Below are positions 37,568 through 47,751 of a stretch of DNA of 64,000 nucleotides, one piece after another. The notes under the pieces were generated by a model. It worked only from the letters and a program-made list of their open reading frames with translations. It had not been told where the DNA came from and did not search any database. The translations under genes were made by a program, and so were the position numbers. This DNA is from Candidatus Zixiibacteriota bacterium (GTDB taxonomy: Bacteria; RBG-13-66-14; B26-G2; WVWN01). Position 1 is the stretch's first letter. Every line of letters begins with the position of its first letter. The DNA is taken from positions 192,001 through 256,000 of the forward strand of contig JASFLY010000001.1 of assembly GCA_050117845.1 (NCBI GenBank). The letters run 5' to 3'.

Positions 37568-38815
37568 ATGTTCGAACACGTCCAAATTCCGGCCGAAGGC
37601 GAGAAGATAAGCATCGAAGGCGACGAACTCAACATCCCGAACCAACCTATCATCCCCTTCGTCGAGGGCGACGGCATCGGCCCGGACATCTGGGCGGCCA
37701 CGCGGCGCGTCCTCGACGCCGCGGTGGAGAAGAAGTACGGCGGCGAACGCCGCATCGCCTGGATGGAAATATACGCCGGCGACAAGGCGCAACAGGTCTA
37801 CGGCGAGGGCGTGGTCATGCCCGACGATACGCTCAAGGCCGTGCCGGAATTCGTCGTGGCCATAAAGGGGCCGCTGACCACGCCTATAGCGGGCGGGTTC
37901 CGCAGCCTCAACGTGACCATGCGGCAGAAGCTCGACCTGTACGCGTGCGTCAGGCCGGTGCGCTGGATCCCGGGCGTCCCCAGCCCCGTGAAACACCCGG
38001 AGAAACTGAACGTCGTCATTTTCCGCGAAAACACCGAGGACGTTTACGCCGGCATCGAATGGGAGCAGGGGACCGACGAGGCCGGGAAGGTCCTGGGGTT
38101 CCTTAACTCGGACATGGGCCGGAATATCCGCCTAGACTCCGGCGTGGGCATCAAGCCCATAAGTATCACCGGCACGAATAACATCGCGCGCAAGGCCCTG
38201 CGCTACGCCCGCGACCGCAAACTTCCCAGCGTCACCTTCGTCCACAAAGGCAACATCATGAAGTTCACGGAAGGGGCGTTCCGCGACTGGGGTTACGAGC
38301 TGGCGGCCGCGGAGTTCGGCGACGTTACCGTGACCGAGGCCGACCTGTGGGACAAGTTCGACGGCAAGACGCCGGAAGGCAAAATCCTCGTCAAGGACCG
38401 CATCGCCGACTCGATATTCCAGCAAATACTGCTACGGCCGGACGAGTACAGCGTCCTCGTAACGCCGAACCTGAACGGCGATTACCTGTCCGACGCGGCG
38501 GCGGCGCAGGTCGGCGGCCTGGGGATGGCGCCCGGCGCCAACATGGGCGACTTCGTGGCCCTCTTCGAGGCCACGCACGGCACGGCGCCCAAGTACGCCG
38601 GCATGGACAAGGTGAACCCGTCGTCACTCATCCTCTCCGGCGTCATGATGCTGGAATACCTGGGATGGCAGGAGGCCGCGGACGCGGTCGTCGAGGCGAT
38701 GTCGAAAACGGTACAACAGAAAACGGTGACGTACGACCTGGCGAGGCAGATGGAGGGGGCGACCGAACTCAAGGCCAGCGAGTACGCCACGCACATAATA
38801 GAAAATATCGCGTAA
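37568..38815 (+). CDS. icd: Isocitrate dehydrogenase (NADP-type)
   Basis: [52 protein letters not shown]. Confidence 0.95.
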   Translation: MFEHVQIPAEGEKISIEGDELNIPNQPIIPFVEGDGIGPDIWAATRRVLDAAVEKKYGGERRIAWMEIYAGDKAQQVYGEGVVMPDDTLKAVPEFVVAIKGPLTTPIAGGFRSLNVTMRQKLDLYACVRPVRWIPGVPSPVKHPEKLNVVIFRENTEDVYAGIEWEQGTDEAGKVLGFLNSDMGRNIRLDSGVGIKPISITGTNNIARKALRYARDRKLPSVTFVHKGNIMKFTEGAFRDWGYELAAAEFGDVTVTEADLWDKFDGKTPEGKILVKDRIADSIFQQILLRPDEYSVLVTPNLNGDYLSDAAAAQVGGLGMAPGANMGDFVALFEATHGTAPKYAGMDKVNPSSLILSGVMMLEYLGWQEAADAVVEAMSKTVQQKTVTYDLARQMEGATELKASEYATHIIENIA

Positions 38816-38829
38816 CGCGCGGCCCGCGC

Positions 38830-38857
38830 AAGCCGCGGCCGGGCCGCGGCTTTTTAA
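38830..38857 (+). terminator. Intrinsic terminator after icd
   Basis: GCCGCGGC-CGG-GCCGCGGC followed by TTTTT. Confidence 0.6.
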
Positions 38858-38930
38858 TTGCCCCCGGCTTTCCCAACTGCTAGAATTCCCCTGCCGGGCA
38901 CGGGAGCGAGGTCGGCGTCGAGGAGGCGTT

Positions 38931-39473
38931 ATGGCTTTCTTCTACCAGATAAGACTGAGCGGCGGCGCGGATATTGACCTGCACCTGGCGTCGAAGATAT
39001 TGGCCGAGGCCCTGGCCGTTTACGAGGACAAGAACGTCGTACAGCATATCGCCTACGGGCCGGAGGCCCGCGGCGCCGCCGCCCGAACGGACCTCGTCGT
39101 GAGCGACCAGGAGATATACCGGCCCAAGGCCCGGGAAGTGGACCTCCTCGTCTGCCTGACCCAGGAGGCGGTCGACCGCTACGCCGCCGACCTGGGCGAA
39201 CAGGGCTACTTGCTCATCGACCGCGACGCCGTCCGGCGCAGGCCGGAAGGGTCTTTCCGCACATACGAATTGTCCTTCGTCGAGGCCGCCCGGGAACTGG
39301 GGGACCCCCGGCTGGCGAGCATTATCGTCCTGGGGGCCGTCACGGTCCTGTCCCCCGCCCATCACCGCCGCGCCGTCGAGGACGCGCTTCTGGCCCGCGT
39401 CGCCCCCGGCACCGAGGACACCCACCGCGCGGCCTTCGAGCTGGGCCTTAAGAACATGAAAGAGATGCTGTAG
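38931..39473 (+). CDS. 2-oxoacid:ferredoxin oxidoreductase gamma-subunit-like protein (divergent, stand-alone)
   Basis: IRLSG, YGPEARG, AFELG; lacks the usual GxGGQG motif. Confidence 0.7.
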   Translation: MAFFYQIRLSGGADIDLHLASKILAEALAVYEDKNVVQHIAYGPEARGAAARTDLVVSDQEIYRPKAREVDLLVCLTQEAVDRYAADLGEQGYLLIDRDAVRRRPEGSFRTYELSFVEAARELGDPRLASIIVLGAVTVLSPAHHRRAVEDALLARVAPGTEDTHRAAFELGLKNMKEML

Positions 39474-39474
39474 C

Positions 39475-42417
39475 ATGCCCCGCCGTTTCGATAAATTGAA
39501 TGAACTCGCGGGTGAGTTCAGCAACTACACCTCGAAATACCTCCAACAAATCAGCGCCGTCCTGGACGAACTCCACACCCGGCTGGAACAGGCCGGCCTG
39601 CGCGACGAGGTGCACCTGTGGCAGCCGGCCTGGAACCTCGAGCGGGAGATGGACATCGTCTCCCACGTGGCGCCCGAGGGCTCCGAGCGCATCCGCTACC
39701 TCGGCTGCTACTACGGCATGCAGTATTTGCGGATGAACATCCAGGCCATCGAGGCCCTGCGCGCGGGAGTGGTCCCCGGAACCAGCCGCCGGGACGTTTA
39801 CCGGGAGTTTTTAAACAGCATCGGCTCGAGCTACTCCCAGCTCGTCGTCACCTTCATGCGGAAGGTCCTCGACATTCTGGTCGGCGCCGAGGAACTCCCG
39901 CCCTTCGTCATTTGCGGCGTCGGCACCATGACCGATCAGGACGACGTCGACATCGCCGTCGTCGTCGAGAATAAAAAGAACCGCCACGCCCTCAACTCGG
40001 TACTCAGCCGCCTCAGCGCCGCGATGCTCCGCTACGCCACCCGGTTCCATTTCTACCTCTCCGAGAACGTCTCCCCCGACAGCTTCGCGACCTCCCTCGA
40101 CGAATACCAGGAGTACGCCGAGACGAGGCCGGGGGCCTTCATCGTCATCTCCGAGCTCCTCAACGCCGAACCCATTTACGGCGACCGCGCCCTCTTCGAA
40201 CGGCTGCGGACCGAAATCATCGAACGCTATTACGCCGACAGCGACGCCCCGCCCCTTTACCACGAAGGTTTCGTGCGCGGGGCCCTGGGCGACGTCGTCT
40301 CGCTCATAAACAGGGACTTCGAAGCGGACCGCGTGATACCCAAGGACGACGCCCTCCGCGTTATCAAAAGCCTCGTCCACATCAAACGGGCCACCCACGG
40401 CCTGCGCGAACCCAACGTCTGGCACAACCTGAAGCGCCTCGGCGACATCGAACCCTGGAACGCAGAGAAGAACGACACGCTGGAAGAGGCGCTTATCTTC
40501 TTCGAGGTACTGCGTTACCTCTACCAGCTCCTCGTCGTCCAGGACGAGGTCATAATCCTCGACGCGCCGGTCATGAAGGAAAACCTGGCCCGCGTCGCCG
40601 CGACGATGGGCTACCGGCGCCGCGGCACCGTGAGCCCCGACGACAGCCTTCTGGTTCACTATTACGACTCGGTCGACCGCGTCCGGGCGGTGGCGCGGGA
40701 CCTTACGCGGGAGGTTGAGGAGAACCTGCGGAATACCTCCGTCTTCCTCGGCCTCGGCGCCGACGTCAAGAAGCCGCCGGGCCACCTCCTGCGCGACATG
40801 CTGAAATTGACGCGCTTCCTGGTGCGGGTCGCCTTCTGGGACGACGTCTTCGAGCTGTTGCTGGCGTCGGACAAGAAACTCCTCCGGGCCCTGGTCGCCG
40901 ACTTCAACTCCCTCCCGCCCGAGAAACGTGAACGCCGCGTCAACGAGCTGACCGGCCTCGTGAAACGCAACGCCGAACTCTTTATAAAACTGCTCGTAGT
41001 GCTCGGTGAGAACCGCGACGAGGTCGACTCCTACGACCTCTTCGGCGCCATGAGCAAGGCGTTCCTGCGGGAGTTCGAGACCTTCTACAACCCGGCCCGC
41101 GAGGCCGCGTTCCTCTTCTCGACCCGGCCGCTCCTCATAAACCGCTACCTGTCCGAGGTCGACAACGAGTCCGCCCGCCGCTTCAAGGAACTGGTATCGG
41201 GCGAAGTCCGCATGGCGTCGCTCGGGCCCGCGGCCGCGTCGCTCCGCGAGCTGTGCCGCCTGCGCTACTTCGGCTCGGCCTACCTTCGCCGCTACCTGAA
41301 AGCCATCCTGAAAAAATACCCGGACTGCCTCAACCTCCTCGACGACATGGAGGGCCTGCGCGAGAAGTCCCACGGCATCCTGGCCGAGGCCGCCATCATC
41401 CAAACGCCGGCCGCCAAGAAGGAACTCCTGGGCGACTACTACGACCTCGAGCTGTTGCGCACGGGCCTCCTGACCCTCAACGGCGCGACCATCGAGGAGA
41501 CCAACGCCCAGTACACCGAGTTCTCCGACGACTACCTGAATTTCCTGTTCGACGCCTGCCGCGAGGAGTTGGCCGAGGAGTACGGCCGCTGGGTCACCTC
41601 CTTCGACGTGATGGCCATCTACGCCGCCGGCGGCCACGCCCGCGAATGGGCCTTCAACGACGACTACGACCTCATAGTCCTGATAGACTCCGAGGACGAG
41701 AAACTCCAGGAACTGGGCGGCGCCGTCATCTCGGCCATGAGTTCGGAGATTTGCAAGCGGGGCATGATGCCCCACTACCGCCTGCTGGAGCACTTCGGCT
41801 CCTACGTCATCCCGGTCGACCAGCTCGAGGAGTTCTTCCGCAAGGGGGATGAGACCGACTTTATAGAGAAGTCCCAGCTCCTCGAGTCCCGCCTGGTCGT
41901 CGGCACCTCGACCTTCGAGGAGGACACCTACGAGCGGATCATCAAGCCGTTCGTCTTCAACCGCGCCGACGAGTACATCGACGCCATGAAGGGCGAGATG
42001 GCCTCGCGCCAGCAGGCCGTGGGCGAGGTCTTTCTGCCCAACAACGTGAAAGAGTGCGTCGGCGGCTTGCGCGACATCGTCATGGCCATGCTCATCTGCA
42101 AGGCGCGCTTCGGCATCCGCGACCCGCTGACGTCGCAGATATTGGAGGGGATAGGCCGGGTGTACCCGCAGGCCGGCCTCGAGCTACGCTCCCTCTTCAA
42201 CTCCATGTGTTTCCTCAAGAATCTGCGCGACGTCTACCGCCTCGCCGTGTGCCTGGACGACAACCTCGACTTCGAGCACGCCGACGCCGTGGGCGAGGTC
42301 CTGGGCTTCGAGGGAGACGCCGCGGGCGAGCGGGGCCGCCAGGTGGAGGAGGCCTTCCGCCGGACCACCGCCAAGGTCGCCGCCGAGATTGAATCCATAC
42401 TCGGCAAGGTGACGTGA
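39475..42417 (+). CDS. Large GlnE/GlnD-like protein with two nucleotidyltransferase-like units
   Basis: GVGT..DQDDVDI and AAGGHARE..NDDYDL NT-like motifs; NVKECVGGLRDI resembles the GlnD/GlnE K..GGLRD motif. Confidence 0.6.
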   Translation: MPRRFDKLNELAGEFSNYTSKYLQQISAVLDELHTRLEQAGLRDEVHLWQPAWNLEREMDIVSHVAPEGSERIRYLGCYYGMQYLRMNIQAIEALRAGVVPGTSRRDVYREFLNSIGSSYSQLVVTFMRKVLDILVGAEELPPFVICGVGTMTDQDDVDIAVVVENKKNRHALNSVLSRLSAAMLRYATRFHFYLSENVSPDSFATSLDEYQEYAETRPGAFIVISELLNAEPIYGDRALFERLRTEIIERYYADSDAPPLYHEGFVRGALGDVVSLINRDFEADRVIPKDDALRVIKSLVHIKRATHGLREPNVWHNLKRLGDIEPWNAEKNDTLEEALIFFEVLRYLYQLLVVQDEVIILDAPVMKENLARVAATMGYRRRGTVSPDDSLLVHYYDSVDRVRAVARDLTREVEENLRNTSVFLGLGADVKKPPGHLLRDMLKLTRFLVRVAFWDDVFELLLASDKKLLRALVADFNSLPPEKRERRVNELTGLVKRNAELFIKLLVVLGENRDEVDSYDLFGAMSKAFLREFETFYNPAREAAFLFSTRPLLINRYLSEVDNESARRFKELVSGEVRMASLGPAAASLRELCRLRYFGSAYLRRYLKAILKKYPDCLNLLDDMEGLREKSHGILAEAAIIQTPAAKKELLGDYYDLELLRTGLLTLNGATIEETNAQYTEFSDDYLNFLFDACREELAEEYGRWVTSFDVMAIYAAGGHAREWAFNDDYDLIVLIDSEDEKLQELGGAVISAMSSEICKRGMMPHYRLLEHFGSYVIPVDQLEEFFRKGDETDFIEKSQLLESRLVVGTSTFEEDTYERIIKPFVFNRADEYIDAMKGEMASRQQAVGEVFLPNNVKECVGGLRDIVMAMLICKARFGIRDPLTSQILEGIGRVYPQAGLELRSLFNSMCFLKNLRDVYRLAVCLDDNLDFEHADAVGEVLGFEGDAAGERGRQVEEAFRRTTAKVAAEIESILGKVT

Positions 42418-42432
42418 AACCATATTCCCCCC

Positions 42433-42470
42433 AATAAAAAAGCCGCCCCGAAGGGCGGCGTTCTTTTTAT
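42433..42470. terminator. Bidirectional intrinsic terminator
   Basis: AATAAAAAA-GCCGCCC-CGAA-GGGCGGC-GTTCTTTTT between convergent operons. Confidence 0.8.
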
Positions 42471-42479
42471 CCGATATTA

Positions 42480-43382
42480 TTACCCGACCGCCGCGGCGGA
42501 GTACTTCTCGAGCGCCGGGGCCTTCACCTTGTGGCGGTGGAGGCCCACCTCCTCGAGCGACAGCCCCTGGGCCAGGCCGAGCAGTTGGAAGTAGTACACC
42601 GCCGGCGTCTTGACGCTCTCGTCGTTGTACTGCCGGGCGAGCTTCACCTGGCCGAGGTCGAACTCGTTGAAGCAGGAGGGGCAAACCACACCCAACACGT
42701 CGGCCTTGACCGCCGCCACCGACTTCAACAGGTCGTACATCATCTGCGCCGGCGCCTCCTCGTGCTTGCACGCCTTGCCGCAGCACAGTATCCACTCGCC
42801 GTGCCGCACCGGCGTCGCCCCCAACGCGCCCACCAGGTCGTCCAGGATGCGCGGGTCGTCCGGGTCGTCCACCTTCATGATGTGCGAGGGTTTGAGGAGG
42901 TGGCAGCCGTAGTGGATGGCCACCGTCAGGCCCTCGAGCGGCCGGACCACCGACGCGCCGATGGCGTCCAGGCCCACCTCGTCGCGGATTAGGGTTACGA
43001 CGTGGCGGATCGTGGACGTTCCCTTGTACTCGCGGCCGACACGCGCGAGGCGCTGGTTGACCTCGTCCTTGAGCTTCTTGTTGGTGTTGAGCTGTTGATA
43101 CGTCTCGGAGAGAGTGGCGGTGCAGCCCGAGCAGATGGTGAACAGGTTAAGGCCCGCCTCCTCCGCGATGGCGAGGTTGCGCGCCGCGACCGTGAGCCAG
43201 GCCGTCTTGTCGTACGATTTGAAATAAATAGGGTCCGGGCAGCAGGTGAAGCCGGGCAGGTCCACAATCTCGATGCCGAGCTTGGGCAGCGTCTTGCGGA
43301 TAGCGGCCTCCATCTGCGGATACCGCACCGGAATCAGACACCCCGGGAAAAACGCGAACTTCTTTTGCTGGGAGGAGGCCAT
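42480..43382 (-). CDS. hdrB: Heterodisulfide reductase subunit B
   Basis: FPGC, TCCPDP, CSGC, HYGCH, CCG, CPSC. Confidence 0.9.
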   Translation of the reverse strand: MASSQQKKFAFFPGCLIPVRYPQMEAAIRKTLPKLGIEIVDLPGFTCCPDPIYFKSYDKTAWLTVAARNLAIAEEAGLNLFTICSGCTATLSETYQQLNTNKKLKDEVNQRLARVGREYKGTSTIRHVVTLIRDEVGLDAIGASVVRPLEGLTVAIHYGCHLLKPSHIMKVDDPDDPRILDDLVGALGATPVRHGEWILCCGKACKHEEAPAQMMYDLLKSVAAVKADVLGVVCPSCFNEFDLGQVKLARQYNDESVKTPAVYYFQLLGLAQGLSLEEVGLHRHKVKAPALEKYSAAAVG

Positions 43383-43401
43383 AGTCGCCGGCTCCGTTCT
43401 T

Positions 43402-43908
43402 CTACTCCAAAATCTTCTTTATCTCGGAAGTGTTAACCTCCGGGAGGGGGGCCAGGCCCAACTCCTCCCGGAGTTTCTTCGTCATACTCGTGACGGGCGC
43501 CGTCCGGCCGGTCTCGAGGACGGTGTTCACCAGGTCCCCCACCTGCGCCTTCTCGGGGTATATCCCCTTCCGGGCCATGAGGTTCTTGATGGCGATGATT
43601 ATCTCGACCGGCTTGACGTTCTGGGGACAGCGCTCGTAGCAGTTGTAGCAGTTGGTGCACTCCCATACCGGGGAGTTCGGCCCCACCAGTTCCTCGCCGA
43701 AGCCGTAAAGCACCTTGAGCATTATCTCCCGGGGGTTGAAGTCCGGCAGGTAGCGCGCGCTCGGGCAGTCGCCGACGCAGGCGCCGCACTGGTAGCAGTA
43801 GTTCACCAGCGTGCCGTCGACCACCTTCTCGACGAGCTTCTTGAACTCGAAGTCGATGGTTACGGCCGGGCCGCCTTTCCGGGCCTTGTCACTTTTTGGC
43901 TTCGGCAT
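43402..43908 (-). CDS. hdrC: Heterodisulfide reductase subunit C
   Basis: CYQCGACVGDCP and CTNCYNCYERCP. Confidence 0.9.
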   Translation of the reverse strand: MPKPKSDKARKGGPAVTIDFEFKKLVEKVVDGTLVNYCYQCGACVGDCPSARYLPDFNPREIMLKVLYGFGEELVGPNSPVWECTNCYNCYERCPQNVKPVEIIIAIKNLMARKGIYPEKAQVGDLVNTVLETGRTAPVTSMTKKLREELGLAPLPEVNTSEIKKILE

Positions 43909-44050
43909 CGGCTTTCTTCTTCGCTTTTTCCGGGCGGACGCTGTTGGAGCGGCACTTGGGGCACGACCGCTCGACGTCGTCGTCGGGGGCGTACTTCTCC
44001 ACGAACTCGTGGCCGCACCTAAGACACTTGAACTTCGTCTCTTGACTCAT
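43889..44050 (-). CDS. 53 aa zinc-ribbon/rubredoxin-like protein, not in the ORF track
   Basis: Manual translation [53 protein letters not shown]; two CxxC knuckles; overlaps both neighbours. Confidence 0.75.
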   Translation of the reverse strand: MSQETKFKCLRCGHEFVEKYAPDDDVERSCPKCRSNSVRPEKAKKKADAEAKK

Positions 44051-46544
44051 CGGCTTCCGCCTTCTTCCCCCGTTTGGCCTCGCGGGCCCGTTTCTTCTCC
44101 CATTCCTCGGTCAGCACCTTGACGGTGTGGGCGACCTCTTCCGCCGTCACCTGCCCGCGCATCTCTTCGACCTCGCGCATGACCTTGGCGAACTTCTGCC
44201 CTTCGGCCGCGCTTATCCACTCCAGCTGGAGACGCTCCGGCCTGATGCCCAGCTTCTCGAGTTTGTCCCACAAGCGGTAGACCCGCTTGACCGTCTGGCG
44301 GTTGGCGTCGATGTAGTGGCAGTCGGCGAAGTGGCAGCCGGACACCAGCACGAGCGGCGCGCCCTTCATGAACGCGTAAAGTATGAAGTCCTCGGTCACG
44401 CGGGCCGAACACATCGTCCGAACCAGCCGGGCCGTGGGCGGATACTGCAGGCGGGAGATGCCGGCGTTGTCGGCGCCGGCGTAGGAACACCAGTTGCAGG
44501 CGAAGGTGAACACCTTGTCCATGGCGTTCTCGTCTATAAGCGCGTCCATCTGCGCGTAGTACTGGTCGTCGGTGAAGTGGCCCATGGTCACGGCGCCGAA
44601 GTTGCAGGTGGCGCCGCAGTTGCCGCAGCCCATGCACATCGCCGAGATGACCCACGCCGTCTTCTTGTCCTTATCGACCTCGATGGCGTTGAAGGGGCAA
44701 ACCTTGGCGCACAGGCCGCAGCCGGTACAGAGGGCCGGATCGATGTTGGCGGTTATCGCGTCCGCCTTCACCTCGCCGGCGTTGAGGAGCGTGATGGCCC
44801 GGGCCGCCGCCGCGGAGGCCTGCGTCACCGAGTCCTTCACGTCCTTGGGCGACTCCGCGCAGCCGCAGATGTAGACCCCTCGCGTCGGCGTGTCGACCGG
44901 CTTGAGCTTGGGGTGCGCCTCCATGTAGAAGCCGTCCCCCGTAGTCGAGAGCGTCAAGAGCTTCTTGATGACCGGGCTGTCCTGCCGGGGTATAACCCCC
45001 ACCGACAGCACCACCATGTCGAATTCCTGCTCGACGACCTCGCCGGTGAGCGTGTTCTCCGCCGTGAGGGTGAGGTTCTTCGTCTGCGGGTCCTGGCGAA
45101 TCTCGCCCGGGATGCCGCGGATGTACTTAACGCCCTCCTCGCGGGACCTCATGTAGAGGTCCTCGAAGCCCTTGCCGAACGCCCGAATGTCCATGTAGAA
45201 CACCGTGCACTCGCAATCCGGGTAGTGGTCGCGTAGAAGCAGCGTGTCCTTGACGGTGTTCATACAGCAGATGTTCGAGCAGTACGGATTGCCCTTGTCG
45301 CCGGCGTTGTTCCGCGAGCCCACGCACTGGATAAACGCTATCCGCTGCGGGACGTCGTGGTCGGACGGCCGGACGAAGTGCCCCTCCGTCGCGCCGCCGG
45401 CGCAGATAAGGCGCTCGAACTCCATGGAGGTGATGACGTTGTCGTAGCGCGTATAGCAATACTCGTCGAGTTCGGTGGGGTCGTAGACGTCCATGCCCGT
45501 GGCGCAGACGATGACGCCCACGTCGAGTTCGACGATTTCGTCCTTCATGTCGTAGTCGATGCAGACCTTCTCGCAGACTTCCTCGCACTTGCCGCACGCA
45601 ATCGGGTTGGTCCCCAGGCAGGCGTCCATGTCGATGATGTACGACGCGGGGACGGCCTGCGGGAACGGCAGGTATACGGCCTTGCGCGACGATAAGCCCA
45701 TTTGGAATTCGTCCGGCACGACCACGGGGCACACTTCGGCGCACTCCGCGCAGGAGGAGCAGTCCTCCTCGCGAACGTAGCGCGCTTTCTTGCGCACCTT
45801 GACCTTGAAGTTGCCGACGTAGCCGTCCACGGCGTCAACTTCGCTGAAAGCCATCAACTCGATCCGGGGATGCCTACCGACATCCATCATTTTAGGACCG
45901 AGTATTCATATGGAGCAGTCCATCGTGGGATAGGTCTTGTCGAGCGCGGCCATAATGCCGCCTATCGACGGTTCCTTCTCCACCAGATAGACCTTGTATC
46001 CGGAATCCGCCAGGTCGAGCGAGGCCTGGATGCCGGCCACGCCGCCGCCTATTACGAGCGCGGCCTGTGAAACCGGATAACGCGACTCCTGTCGCGGCTC
46101 GAGTCGGGCCGCCCGGGCCACGGCGCTTTTGACCAGGTCCTTCGCCTTCTGCGTCGCGCCGTCCTTGTCGCCGCCGTGCACCCACGATACGTGTTCGCGC
46201 AGGTTGGCCATCTCCATGAGATACGGGTTCAGGCCCTCGCTCGCCACGCACTCCCGGAAAGTGGGTTCGTGCATGAGCGGCGTACAGGAAGCCACGACCA
46301 CGCGGTTCAGCTTGTGCTCGCGGATGGCGTTCTTGATCTCGTTCTGGCCGGGGTCGGCGCAGGTGTAGCGGTTGCGCACGACCGCCACGACGTCGGGCAA
46401 AGTCTTGGCGTACTCCGTCACGGCCGCGGTGTCTACCGTACCGGCGATGTTCAGGCCGCAGTCGCAGACGAAGACGCCGATACGCAACTCCTCGCTGGCG
46501 CCGGTCTTCTTTTCCTCGTTGGACAAATCGTCACCCCCTTCCAT
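44019..46544 (-). CDS. hdrA: HdrA-MvhD fusion, selenoprotein (UGA at 45906-45908)
   Basis: Track ORFs 45906-46544 and 44019-45890 are one frame joined as [20 protein letters not shown], aligning with DCSMCILAPKLVEAGRH of the HdrL; C-terminal [18 protein letters not shown] MvhD domain; start may be TTG 46526. Confidence 0.9.
45858..45908 (-). promoter_or_regulatory. Bacterial SECIS-like hairpin
   Basis: Lower stem CUCGGUCC/GGAUCGAG, upper stem GGAUGUC/GGCAUCC, apical loop GGUA starting 28 nt after UGA. Confidence 0.8.
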
Positions 46545-46577
46545 TCGGAGGGTTAATACTACTTGAACGTGGAAGTT

Positions 46578-47738
46578 TTATTTTTCTTTTACTTTCGCGG
46601 CAAGGCGCGACGCTACCACCGTGGCCAGGTCGCGCACTTCCATTTTTATTTCGTCGCCCAGGTTGGGGTCGTGCATCGCGCAGCGAAAATGAATCTCGCA
46701 CTTGGGGCAGGCGGTCACGAGCGTCGTCGCGCCCGTGGCCCGGGCCTCGCGCAAGCGCTCCACCTGAATTTCCTTGGAGAACCGGTCGCAGTTGAGCCAG
46801 CCGTTTCCGGCGCAGCACAGCGCCCCCGTCCCGGAGCGGCCCATCTCGGCCAGCGGCACGCCGGCCGCGGAAAGCACCTGCCGCGGCGGCTCCACCACGC
46901 CGGCGAAACGGCCCAGCCGGCACGGGTCCTGGAACGTGACGGCCTCCTCCTCGCCGTCCGCGAAGTTGAGGTCAGCCGCACGCTCCGCCAGGAACTCGCT
47001 AATGTGCTGAACGTCGAAGGGGAGAGCCCCTACTACTTTGGGATAATCCTCCCGGAACGTGTAGTACCCTTCCGGGCAGTTGAAGACGACCGTCTTGATG
47101 CCGCGGCTCCGCAACAGCTCCACGTTGAGGCGGGCGAGCTTCTCGAAGTTCTCGGCGTCGCCGCCCCACAACAGGTCGTGGCCGCAGCAGCGTTCGTCCG
47201 GCATGACCACCGGCTCGATGCCGAGGGCGTTGAGTACCTTTACGGTGCTCTTGACGCCGGCGAGCGTGTCCACCTCGAGCTCCGTGAAGAAGGCGTCGAA
47301 GTAGGGCGCGCAGCCGACGAAGAAGGCCACTTCGCCCTCGGCCGCGATTTTGAGGTCGTCCGTAACCCAGGCCAGCCGGTCCTGCTTCAACTCCCCCGCC
47401 GTCATGAGTTTCATGAGCGACTGGAAAGCGCCGCCGTGGCTGCAGTTGCCGGCGAACTCCCGGCCGTAGGTCGCGCGGCGCAACTCGCGAATCAGGTCGA
47501 CGAAGTGCACGCCGGAGGGACAGCGGGCGTCGCAGGCCATGCAGGTCAGACAGACCGAGAGTTCCTGCGGCTCCGGGAGGTGGCCGCCGGCGAGCGCCCG
47601 GCTAATCAGGCGGCGCGGCGAGTAGGACCGGTTGTAGCGGGCGACGACGCAGCTCGCCGTGCACTTCCCGCATTCCAGGCACAGGAACGCGTTAGCGTCT
47701 TTCAGCGTTTTAACGTCCAGGGGGGAAGCGGTCGCCAT
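46578..47738 (-). CDS. HdrD/GlpC-like Fe-S oxidoreductase (2x4Fe-4S + two CCG)
   Basis: CLECGKCTASC, CLTCMACDARCP, CCGH, QDPCRL, CCAG, ACPKC. Confidence 0.85.
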   Translation of the reverse strand: MATASPLDVKTLKDANAFLCLECGKCTASCVVARYNRSYSPRRLISRALAGGHLPEPQELSVCLTCMACDARCPSGVHFVDLIRELRRATYGREFAGNCSHGGAFQSLMKLMTAGELKQDRLAWVTDDLKIAAEGEVAFFVGCAPYFDAFFTELEVDTLAGVKSTVKVLNALGIEPVVMPDERCCGHDLLWGGDAENFEKLARLNVELLRSRGIKTVVFNCPEGYYTFREDYPKVVGALPFDVQHISEFLAERAADLNFADGEEEAVTFQDPCRLGRFAGVVEPPRQVLSAAGVPLAEMGRSGTGALCCAGNGWLNCDRFSKEIQVERLREARATGATTLVTACPKCEIHFRCAMHDPNLGDEIKMEVRDLATVVASRLAAKVKEK

Positions 47739-47751
47739 AGCCTTTTAACCT

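Noticed and set aside
25261..41793. Long antisense ORFs (e.g. 26887-29148, 31016-33217, 39811-41793)
   Set aside because: Shadow frames typical of high-GC coding DNA, opposite well-supported genes and without motifs
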